This document shows, one piece after another, positions 29,300 through 40,400 of a DNA stretch of 64,000 bases; the stretch's first letter is position 1, and every line of letters begins with the position of its first letter. The DNA comes from Felis catus. Its lineage: Eukaryota. Location of the stretch: assembly GCF_018350175.1 (NCBI RefSeq), contig NC_058369.1, positions 2,730,001 through 2,794,000 on the forward strand. Reading direction: 5' to 3'. Both the position numbers and the translations under genes were made by a program. The notes below the pieces were generated by a model. That model did not search any database. It saw only the letters and a program-made list of their open reading frames with translations, and had not been told where the DNA came from.

Positions 29300-30250
29300 C
29301 CTGAGCGGCCCCGCAGGCTCCCAGGGAAACACAGAGGCACGTCGCGGGCCACACCGGGACAGGCCCCCGGCGGACTGCAGGGGCACGACGGCACACTCCG
29401 GTCGCAGACCTGGTCTCAGCAACGCCCGGGGACACCTAGCACCTGGCGACCGGCGGACGGGGGGACACACCCACAGCGGGGCGGGCCGCCGGACACATCC
29501 TGCCCGCGCTCACGCCGCGCCCCTAACCTGGCGGGCCGGCCTCACCTGGAGACGACGATCCGTGGCCTGCGCTGGGGTCGCCCCTGTCGCACAGCCCGGC
29601 TGGCCGACGTGCGGGTGTCGGGCTCAGGCCGGGGAGGGCGGAGCGGGGAGCAGGGCGGTCGGGCCTCCCGGGGCCCCCGGGGAAACCGAGTCACGGCCGG
29701 GGGCGGGACGCACAGAGGACCCCCGGCGCTGCCCCGTTTCCGCAGGGCACGGATGGAGGGCGCGGCAGCTCAGGACGCCCGGCTGCGCGAGGTCCTCCGG
29801 GGCTGGAGGAGGGGCGACGAGTCCTCCCCGCCTGGAAGCGGGGTCCGCGGGGGCTAAAAATAGCCCAGGATAGGGGCTCCGCGCAGCGGCCCGCGCCCTG
29901 TCGGTCCCTGTCTGTCTCTCCAGCGTCTCTCACCGGCCCCTCCCCCTGGCGCTGGCCACGCCCCTCAGGCCTGGCCTGGCTGATGGGGGTCAGGGGGCGC
30001 CCCCCAGCCCGCTGGGGACCCGGCTCGGCCCCCTGGGCTCAGGGACAGGGATGCGGTGGCCGGGGCCCTCTCGGGGGACTGTAGCCTGGGCCCGCCCCAG
30101 CTGGGCGCCCTCTTTGCACTTCTGCCGCCAGGCCCCGCGTTATTCACCATCTGGGCAGCACCCGAGATCGGGAGGGGCCGGGCGTCCCCCTCCCCTCCCC
30201 ACCCCCCCTCCCGGCAGAATCAGGCCCCGAGGGGCCCAGGGCTCTAAGCC
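29300..30250 (-). promoter_or_regulatory. TBXA2R: CpG island, probable TBXA2R upstream promoter / non-coding exon 1
   Basis: CpG-rich block upstream of TBXA2R exon 2. Candidate minus-strand donors cag|gtgagg (29546), ccg|gtgaga (29934) and cag|gtgagt (29121); which one is used cannot be decided from sequence. Confidence 0.55.
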
Positions 30251-33200
30251 GGTGAACCTGGTGGGGCTGGGCCTGGCACACAGTAGGTACCTAATCAATG
30301 CGGGGGGTCTGTTTAGAGGGGAGGACGGGCGTCCTGCTGAGGCAGGCTTTCCTGGAGCAGGTCGGTGGGACGCGGTGGGTCGCGCATTCCGGGGGAGGGT
30401 CCTGTGAGGACAAAGGCTTGGAGATGACAGTGAAACCAGCGAAGGGACCGCCCCTGGAGGGCCGCCTGCGGTGAGGGGGTCCGTTCCCCGCTGGCCTCCA
30501 CCACCCCCCACCCCAGTGTCAGGTGGGAAAGGCTGTCGGCCCAGTGCCCTCAGGACTGATGGGAGGATGAGGTGTGGGCTCCCAGGCAGGGTCCACTTCC
30601 TTTTGAAGACCCCCCCCCCCCCCAACCCAGGGCTCTGGGCCAGTCTCCTCAGCCACGAAAATAGAGGGTGACCAGCCTGGGGACGGCTACAGCACGGGCC
30701 TGTGCTAGACGGTCCTTAGGTGGGTGAAGGGGGTCCGGGAGCCCTTGAAGCTGAGTGCAGGGCAGGACTTGGGCGTGGAGGGATCCCCTGGGCCTCACTG
30801 GCCCCACGTTAGGCCCCGAGTGGGCCAGGACTGACCGGTTTGGCCTTGACTCTGCCCCACCCAGTGCTTGGGGGTCTGGGAGGGTCGCCTGAGGTCAGGC
30901 TCTGAGTGAGGACCACGTGCTCCCGCCCTCCCCTGCGTGTCTGACACCCCTTCTCTGGCTGCCCCTCCACCATCGTTCCGGCCTCCAAGCCTTTACTCAC
31001 ACCCAGCATCCTTCCAGAAGGCCCCTCCCCTGCCCTATCCCATTGTCTGAGGCCCTGAGGCAGTGAGCCCCGTAGCTCTAATCCTCCTCGGTAGGGGATC
31101 TCCCCAACTCCCAACTCCGGCCTCTGGCAGAGCCCTGGCTCAGAGGACTCCCCCCCCCCCCGCCCCCCCACCCCGTAAAGCCTACTCCCCTACCCTCCAA
31201 CCCTCTTCCAGGGCAGTTCTGTGTCCTAGCCCGTGTGGCAGGACAATGTGGAGTCAGACCTGCCCTCGAGGATGCCCCCCCATGGCTGGAGAAAGAAAGA
31301 CCGCCTTCTGTGGTCAGGCAGGGCCCAGAGGTGAGCCAGGAAGGGGTGGAACTGAGGCGGGGGTGGGGGGTGGGGAGGGTCAGGGCTGGGGCTTTGTAGG
31401 ATGGACAGGAGTTCGCCAGGTCTGAGAGACACGGTGGCGACAGACATTCCCCGTTTAAAACTTAAGAGACGAGACCGAGCATGCGGCTTCTGGGAATCGC
31501 AAGGAGGCAGATGTGATGCAGCGGCTGTGGCGCAGGGCTGGAGGGAGGCTGTCCTCTCCCCGCTTCCTCTGGCCCGAGATAACAAGGGCAACGTCCCTTC
31601 TGGGAACCGGCCACAGCAGGCGTCGGAAAAGGGCACTGGACTCGCATTTGGCCCGGGCCTCACGGCAGCTCTGCGCGGCGGCGGGGAGAGACGCTCGTCG
31701 TGAAGACGGGGAAAGACCGGGGGGGGGGGGGGGGGGCGTGCCGGCTGGCTCCGTGGGTGCAGCGCGCAACTCTCTTGGTCTCAGGGTTGTGAGTTCGAGC
31801 CCCACGTTAGGTGTAGAGCTTATGTTAAAAAAAAATCTTAAGAACAAACAAAAAAGATGGGGAAACTGAGGTCCGGAGGGAAGAAATGATGTGTCCACCG
31901 CCGCGTGTGGGTGGGATCTGAACATGAGCTGTGACTTCCACCGCCTCCTGTCCTCCCTGCCTCCCCTACCCCACCCTGCTCAGTCAGCTAGGGAGGCCTG
32001 GGAGGGGCGGAGATGGCCTGGGGGGAGCGGACGGTGGGAACGAGGCCAGGCTCAGGATGTGCCCCCCGTGGCTGTGGTTTCCGGTGGGGGCCAGGAAGGG
32101 AGTGTCTATTCTTAGCCTCCACAGCCAAGGGCGGAAAACGACCGGTGGGGGGTGGGGGCAGCTTAACGCCCCGGGTGGACCCTGGGCCAGGGTGGGGGCC
32201 ACGGTGCCTCCCGTCTGCCTGAAGCGCCTCCCTGACCCCTAGCGTGTGGCCCTGTCCGGCTCACTCACTCACCGGCTGTGGCTCCCCAGTGCCCCGTGGA
32301 GGAGTCCAGGGCCTGGGCTGTGGCCCTGCCCTGGGCTCACCTGCAGCCCCTTCCTGCCCAGCGCCTGTGCCCCTTCTCCGGAAAGTCTTGTGTTCCTTCC
32401 GGGGTCCCCCAGACCCACTGCCTGCCCCCGCCTTGAGCCCCGTACCTTGAGCTGGGGGTGTCTGAGCCCAGCCCTCCTCCCTCCCCGCGGGGGCTCCTGG
32501 CTCTAAGCTCCCACCGGTCGGGAGGGGGCGGGGGGATGGCCACTCCGTTCTCCCTCCTAGTGCAGCCGTCTCCCCCCCAGGGCCGGGTCGTCACCCCGCC
32601 AGGACTGCAGAGGGGGGTGTGAGGGGCTGGGACTCTCGGGGGAGCAGATGGGAGAAACTGATGCCAGGACATGGGCAGTGCCCCGGGGGGTGGGATTCTC
32701 CAAGCTGCAGAAACCCGGATTCTAACCCTGACCGCCGCTTTCCAGGCCTGAGCATGTGGGCGGCCTCGTAAGGACAGAAGCGCGCGCCCTCCCATGGAGC
32801 CAGGCGGGGTCCGGATGGCGCCCGTTAAAGGCCTTAGGCGTCCTGTGAGCAGGCAGCCAGCTGGGGCCAGAGTGCCTCCTGGGCCCGCCCCACTCAGCCC
32901 TGCTCCCAGGGGCCTGTCGCGACCTCAGGGACAGCGGCACCCGCCAGGAACCAACTGGTGCCAACCGCCTAGATCCAAAGGAGATTCTGAGGTCGCTGTG
33001 ACAGTCAAGTGACGTCGTCTGCCAGGGGGTCTGAAGGGCACAGCCGTGCCCCATATGATGCCACAACGGGTGCTCCTCACCGCGGACCATGGTTTGGGTG
33101 GGCCGGGGTCTGCGGCTCAGAGGCCCCTTGACCAGACGCACCCCTGGGCTGAGCCAACACACCGTGCTGCCCAGCGACCTTGTGTGAGGGCAGAGCTGGG

Positions 33201-33489
33201 AGTGACCAGCGGCCTGGGGAGGGTCCATCCTGGCTGTGGACTCCGGGCCAGATGCCTGTCTGTCGTGGGGGGTGGGTAGGTACTAAACAACATCCCTCCA
33301 CCCCCACCCCCACCATGGTGACCACACCACAGACATCCCCTGGGGCCTGGGAGGGCAGCTACTCCCCTTCCAGCATCCGCTCCTTGTGGGAGGGGCAGGG
33401 GCGAGAAGGCCTGTGGACTTCCAGAAGCTTCCTGAGGGGCTACTGCTGCTATTTTGAAGTGTCATGGTTGTTTTTAAAAGGTCTTTCTC

Positions 33490-33625
33490 GGGGCGCCTGG
33501 GACTTGGGGCCCAGCATCGGGCTCTGTGCTGACAGCTCAGAGCCTGCTTGGGATTGTCTCCCTCTCTCTGCTCCTCCCCCACTCGCACTCTCCCCCAAAC
33601 AATAAAGCCAACAGTTAAAAACTAA
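33490..33625 (+). mobile_element. Internally deleted CAN-SINE
   Basis: ggggcgcctggg head joined to gggctctgtgctgacagctcagagcc, CT tract and A-rich tail. Confidence 0.7.
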
Positions 33626-33791
33626 AAAATTAACCAAGAAAAGGTCTCCCTGGCTGTGCTGAGTGCCTCGGTTGCGACGCGCCGGCAGTGGCTCCCCAGG
33701 ACGTTACCGGCCGGACTGCTGGCTGAGGGGCGGGGGGGGGGCGCCGGTCTGCAGAGCTTCTGAAAATCTAGAAGTACTCTAAAATAAAGTG

Positions 33792-33797
33792 TTTATT
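33792..33797 (-). terminator. CACTIN: CACTIN polyadenylation signal AATAAA (minus strand)
   Basis: tttatt on the + strand ~690 nt past the CACTIN stop, inside an AT-rich patch. Confidence 0.7.
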
Positions 33798-34482
33798 AAA
33801 AAAACATGCAACTCCGTGAATAGGCCAATTAAGTGAAAATAAGGTATTTCCCCACACCTTAAAAAAAGTCGTTTTAGAGAAACAACCTAAAATCTTTCCG
33901 GGGCGTCCGGGTGGGGCTGGCCCCCCTTCCCACGGAGACGTCTCTGAAACAAAACGTTGAAAGAAACGGTCCTGGGGCGCCCCCTCCCCCACGGCTGGCA
34001 GCGTGTGACCCAGCGGCGGCCGCACCTGTCAGGCCCGCAGAAACGCGGACGCAGCTCCGTGGTGGCCGGGAGAGGATCTCCAGGAGCGCGGCTGTCCCAG
34101 CGTGGGCGGGGGGTGGGGGGGGGCACCCGGGCCAGACGGGGGGCACCGCAGCTGCACGCACAGAGGCCGGGGAGGCCTGACCCGCACCAGCACCGGGGCC
34201 GGATGGGGGACCAGAGTGCGGGGGTGGAGGGGGGCAGGGTCCCGCAGCCGCCCTGGACTCGCGCCCCCCCCCCAAGGCCTGGCACCCCCAGCCCAGGGCG
34301 GGCGCCGTGGGGGCAGGGCTCGGGCCTCAGCTCCCCCGACCCGTCCTGCGTGTGAGGACCCCGGGGCCGGCCCGGCCGGCCTGCCTTCCGCTCTCCCGGG
34401 CGCGCTCCCCCGGGGAAGGCGGGCGCGGGCGCGGGGAGGGCCCGGGGAGAGGCGGCGGCCGGCCCGGGAGGGGCCCCGGCCG

Positions 34483-37400
34483 TCACCGCCGGTAGCGGTA
34501 GCGCTTGAAGTGGAACCAGAGCTGGAAGATGCCGTTGGCGAACTGGCAGCGGAAGCCGTGGCGGTGGGAGTACTCCCACTCGCGGTTGACGATCTTGAAG
34601 GCGATGTCCTCGTAGGGCGGCCCCGCGTGGAAGCGCAGCGTGGCGAAGTCCTTGTTGTCGGCGCAGGCCTCCAGGAAGTACTCGGGCGTGGAGCGCTTGT
34701 CGATGAGGTCGGGGTAGAAGATGTTGAACTTGTAGCCCTGCACGATCTTGGGCGGCGGGTTGTCGAAGTCGTAGTGCGTCTGGTTGTACTTGTTCCACTC
34801 GAAGCCCGTGTGCACGCGGTTGAAGAAGCGGGGCTTGCGCGGCCGGTACTTGTCGGCCCACAGGTAGGCCTTGCCGGTCAGCGGCATCTCCACGCTGAAC
34901 TGCGCCTCGTCCTGGCCCATGCCCTCCTTGGCCCGCCGGAAGAAGATGTCCTCCGCGCTCTCGCTCGCGTCCCCTGCGGGCGGGGCGCGCGTCAGCCGCC
35001 CCTCCCGGCCGCGACCTGGTCCCCGACAGCGGGTCCCCCTGGGCGGGGGCACCGACGGCGTGTGTCCCCACCCCTCCCCCCCAAGACCGGAGGCGGGCAG
35101 GGGGGGAACCTCTGTGTGCGGGCCCAGGGCGCCCCCCCCCCAGGGGCGCGGGGACACGTCTCCCCCGCACGGCCCTCACCTGTGACCTGCAGCTGCTGCC
35201 GGGACAGCTGCAGGCGCTGCTGGTCCTCGTCGGGCTCCAGCACGTGCGCGTCCAGCGGCAGCTCGTGGGCCGTGAGCAGCCGGGGGCTGTACTTGCCCGC
35301 GTCGTAGTCGTCCAGGCTCTGCTGGATCAGGTCCTCCTCCATGAGCACAGCCTCCCCGTCCGCCTCGCCCTCCGCGGGGGCCGCCCCTTCCGCCTCCGGC
35401 TCCCCCGAGCCCCCCTCGGAGGAGGAGGGCCCGGGTGGGGTCGGGGCAGGGTCCTCAGGCTCCAGGCTGCGGAGGAGACGAGACGGGAGACGAGACGGGA
35501 GGGATGGCGTCGGGCGGCGGCGGGGAGGTCGCGGGGGGCGGGGCCTGAGGAGGTCCCCGGCTGGGCTGCGGGGTGGAGGGGGGACCTCGGGCGACCTACC
35601 TGTGGCCGGGCGACGGGGGCTCCTGCTTGAGGATGGGGAACAGAGGCTCGCTCTCCACACCCTGCTCCTGTTTCAGCTTGTACAGCTTCTGCCGCAGCAC
35701 GTCCTGGTGCCGCTCGCGGAGCCTGCAACGCCGGCCGGCGGTCACCCCCACGCCCGGGGCCCCCCCCCCCGCCGATCTCCTGACCCCCTTTCGCTCAGAG
35801 AGAGGACCTGGAGCCTGGGGGAGCAGCAGCACCGCCTCCCCCCCGCCAGGCCAGGGCTGTGGAGGGTGGGGGTGGGGAGGGGCGTCTGGGTCCGGGTTTG
35901 GGACTCAAGGCCACAGACCCTGCTGGGAGGACCGAGTCCCTGAACGGGGGATTCGGGGGACTCGTGCGCCTCACGAGCCACCGAGCCGGGCTGAACGGCA
36001 CACGGGACGCGGGGGCGGCGAGGAGAATAAACTTAGAGACGCCGCCGCAGTTAGCAGCACACACGGCCGTGTTTACACAGCGCGGCCAAACACGCTGAGA
36101 ATCTGTGCACGGAGGGTGTGCAGTGGGCAGAAGGCGCGCGGGGGGGGGGGGGTGTACAGGGAACAGGGGGCCTGGGGCCCGCGCGATGCCAGCTGACCCC
36201 CCCCCACCTCCTGCGCAGGCCCCGCCCCCAGCGTGCGTGTCCAGAGGGCCGGAGGGGCGGGGCGGGTCCCCGGCGCCAGTGACGCCGGCGTGACGCTGAC
36301 CTGGCGCGCGCCATGTGGGCTCGAAGCTGCTGCAGCAGGCTCTCCCAGTAGCCCATGTCCAGGTTGGGGCCCCCGGCCCGGATCTTGCCCTCGATGCCCT
36401 GGAAGATGACGTGCAGCTGGCCGTACGTCTTCCCCTTGAAGACCGACTGCACGTCAGAGCTGACCGAGGCGTTGACCCCTTCTCGCCGCTCACCTGCGGG
36501 GGGGGGGGGGGGGGGGGCGCTCAGCGGGGGGAGGGGGCGGCGCGGCAGGGCTCCCGACCCTTCCCTTGGCCCACACGGCTCCTCCCCTGACCCTGGCTGG
36601 ACCCTGCTAACACGGAGCTGGCACGGGGCCGCGGACCCTAGTCGGGAAGGTTCTGAGTGGGGCCGGGGTTGCTGGGCGGACGTTTCTCAGCCTGGCATCC
36701 GGGTCTGCCAACTCCCAGCCACCACTGCGCCCCCACCCGCATTGGAAGAGCGAGGAGGGATGGATCGCCCGCCAGCCAGACTCTCAGGAGTTCGGATTTT
36801 GCCCTGTTAGTCTCAGCTGTGTCATCCTGGGTGAAGAGTTCACCCTCTCCGGGCCTCAGTTTCCCCCAGTAAGGAGAGCAGCTCCTTTCGCAGGCACTGC
36901 GGGAAATCCTGACACCGGCCCGGAAGGCAAGCCCGCCCCTTCTCGGTCCCATCCAGATTTAGCTGGGGACCCAGGGACATGCCCGGCTCCAGACTGAGAA
37001 GCCCCTGAGGGCGGGGCTGGGTGCCACCTGACCCTACCTGCAGCCTCCTTGTTGCTCCTCAAACACACTGAGCCCTGCCCCGGGGCCTTTGCACATACGT
37101 TGCTTTCCAGCAGTAACATGCCCTTCCTCATCCAGCCTGCCTCCCAGACCCCACCAGTCGAGAACCCTGTGGACCGGGAAGCCTTCCCTGGGCCGCCAGG
37201 TTGCTCCCCTCGGCCTGGATGCCTGATTAGTGGCTTCCCCAGGGCAGGGGCCTTGCTGGGCTTCAGACTGCTGCCTCCCAGCACCGCGAGAACTCGGCGT
37301 GCAGCGTCTGGCACGTGCGGGGTGCAAGCGACACGTGCTCCTGGCTGAGAACCGGCTTCTGACACCACGGCCGCCACACACTGGCTCCAGAGGAGCAGAC

Positions 37401-40400
37401 GGGCTCAAAAAGGACCCAAGTCCCTCTAGGCAACCACGTGGGACCCCCGAGTCAGCATCTAGACACTCGTCCCCTCTGCCGACACCTGGATGGCCCCAGG
37501 CAGCCCTGTCTCAGACCACAGACACGTCAGGGCACCGAAACTGCCTCCCGCCAGCAGGGCCGCACCCCGTGCACACCCGCACAGCTCACGCTCCCCACAA
37601 GCCCCGCTCTGCCACACCGCGGTGTAGAGATCGAGTCGCGGGTTCAGATGCCGCCCGAGCATCCCGCGGGGCCCGGCTGGGTCCAGGCGGGGGACGGAGG
37701 GCTCTGGGACAGCAGCTTGGGGAGAACCCACAGGGAATGGTAACGGGGCCCCCCGGCCGCAACACCCACACTGCTGCGCGCCCACGTACAGGTAGACTTT
37801 CCCATTAAAGACGAAAGAAAAAGCCCGACTTAATTTACAAGCACAACACACAGCACTCTGCGCGTCTCCGGGAACGATCTTGGAGATCAGGCCGAAAAGA
37901 GAAACAGAAACACAAGCGCATCTCTGAGGACGCCCGGAGCCAGCTGGGACCCCAGCCAGGACAGGGGAGGAGGGACAGTGGACGGAAGGGCCTCCGCTGT
38001 CACTGAGAGAAGGGAAGCGGCCACAGAAGGGGGCGAATCGGCAGCTGGCAAGAGACGACGGGGGACTCGGCGCAGGGGACCCCCGGCAGGGAGGCCCTCG
38101 CTCTTCCACAGCCGGTGGGTCAGGGTCTTCTGTGTCTGGGGAGCGCCCCGCCCCCGTCACCTGGCAGAGCACAGACGTGACCCGTTTCCCGAACTACACG
38201 ATGTCCGAGAACTTCCCGCCTTCCCCCACAATTTACTGGAGGATGTATCCCACATGACGAGGGGACAAAGCGCCAAGAAAGGGGGACGTGGGGTAGTAAA
38301 GAGGGGCTCCAACACGAGAGAGTGAGGAGGCAGTGCGGGGTGATGGACGACGCGCACAGGGAGGAGGGGGAAGGAGGCCCGGGGTCACCGAGGGGACCCT
38401 CTGAGGGGTCTGGCCGCCTCGCCAGTTCTGCGGGAGGCCCAGGCCTGGATCTGTGCCCAGAGCCACACCTGTGGCAGTCAGGGCCCTTCCGCCCAGAGGT
38501 CTACACCCAGGGCCTCACTGCCCCCAAGGGAAATCGCTCCACACGTTTCCCAGAGCAAAGGATTTCCTTCTTTCTCCAGAAGTTACTGCAGGATGTGCTG
38601 GCTGAGGGCGCAGGGAAACAAAACAGCACTTAACAAACATGACGAAAGACATTCCTCCTTTTCCTAAGAGGAAGCCGTCCCCCCAACCTGGGCTGAGCCA
38701 CAGGGGCATTTACATGGGCCTGGGGGAAGGGTGGGGGGCAGGCACTCGAGGCCCCTGGGGGTGGAAGGGGTGGAAGAGGGAGGCGCACGGTCGGTCATCA
38801 GCTTCTAGAACAGGGGTCTCACCCAGGGTGATCCTGCCCCCAGGGGACACCAGGTGATGTCTGGGGACATCTGTGGCTGTCACGACTGGGGGGGCTCCTG
38901 ACAATGGGGGGGGGGTCAGGGCCGCTGCTCAGTACGCCCAGGGCCCAGGACGACCCTCCCCCACCCCCCGAGGGTCACCTCCCTGAACACTGCGCGGAAC
39001 CCTCTGGAGGGAAAGGAAAGCGAATTAGGAAAGAACACCAGATTCAAGAGACCGGGGCTCTAGGGGCTTCCCGCACAAGTGGACAAGCGGGGTGCCGCCC
39101 TCCCTCAAACACACCAAGCTTCTGGCAAAAACCTGAAACCAAACAAAACAGGCCCCTGCTGGCGCCACTCCCGGGAAGCCCAGCGCAGACGCTAAGCGAT
39201 CTTTGAAGGAAGGGAGCCCCCGCCCTGGGCTGAGCCCCCCACCTGAGGGGGAGCCGCGGGGGTCAAGCTCCTGCCGCAGCCCGCCGCTGCCCCCTGGTGG
39301 CTCCCGGAGAGGCCTGGAAGATCCCCGATGGGGAAACCGAGGCAGGCGGAGAGCCCCGGGCTGAGACAGCGCCCAGCGCGCCGGCGCCCAGATACGGGCC
39401 CCCCAAGAGCACGGCGGGCGCCCTCCGGTCGCGCTGCGCGGGGCTACCTGGGCCCTTGCCCGAGGCCTCCAGCTTGCGGAGCTTGGCGATCTCGTCCTCC
39501 GTGATGGTGGTCATGTCCCGCCAGAAGTCCGCGTTCTTGCCCTGTTCCAGCTCCATGTACACCTGGAGGCGGAAGGTGCGGAGGGGCGGTGAGGGGCGGT
39601 GAGGCGCGCGGGGGCGGGGGCGGGGGGCGGGGGCGGGGCCGGGCGGCACCTGGATGTCCTCCAGCAGGTCCTCCATGTCGGCGACGGTGAGGCCATTGAG
39701 GAAGGTGTAGGGCTCGTGCATCTCCACGGCCAGGTCGTCGTCCTCGGCGCTGATGTACTTGGCCAGCAGGTCGATGGGCTTGGCCCTCCCGTCCCGGATG
39801 CGGATCTTGGAGCTGCCAGGGAGCAGGGAGGTGGCGTCAGAGCCCAGGAGACCCCCCCTCCCCACCTCCTGAAGACCCTGCTTCGGGGGTGGGGTGGAGT
39901 GGGGGGGTGGCTCGTGTGGGCGCCAGGGGAAGAGCCTGGCCTGCAGGGGGTGGGGGACAAGGAGGTCTTCCTGGAAGAGGGGGCGTTGGGCGGTCGGAAG
40001 ACACAGGCCGGGGCCAGAGGGGCAGAGAGAACCACCTCCTTCCAGTGGACGATCTGCTCCCCCAGGGGCGGGGGAGGGTCTGAAGCATCAGTGCCACACC
40101 CAGGGGGACGCGGGTCAGAAACGGACACCAGGTAGGTCCGAGCCCCAGGGGCTGGTGCAGCTAGTGGGCAGCAGGACAGAGGGGCTGGGAGCAGGCTCCC
40201 GGTGCACACGCGCCACCGAGGCTCAGACACCTGCTGTGTGGCCTCAGGCGTTCCCCTGCCCCCAGGAACCTCGTGTTCCCCGTCACGTGGCCCCGCGGGC
40301 TGCAGCGTGCAGAGGGAGAGCCACGGTCGGTACCGCGAGGGGCCCGGCACCTCGCTCAGCTCGTGTGGCACCGCGACACGGAGCAAGGATCATTCGGAGG

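Noticed and set aside
34102..35307. 401-aa plus-strand ORF antisense to CACTIN
   Set aside because: Mirror of GC3-rich CACTIN codons, where antisense frames are often stop-poor.
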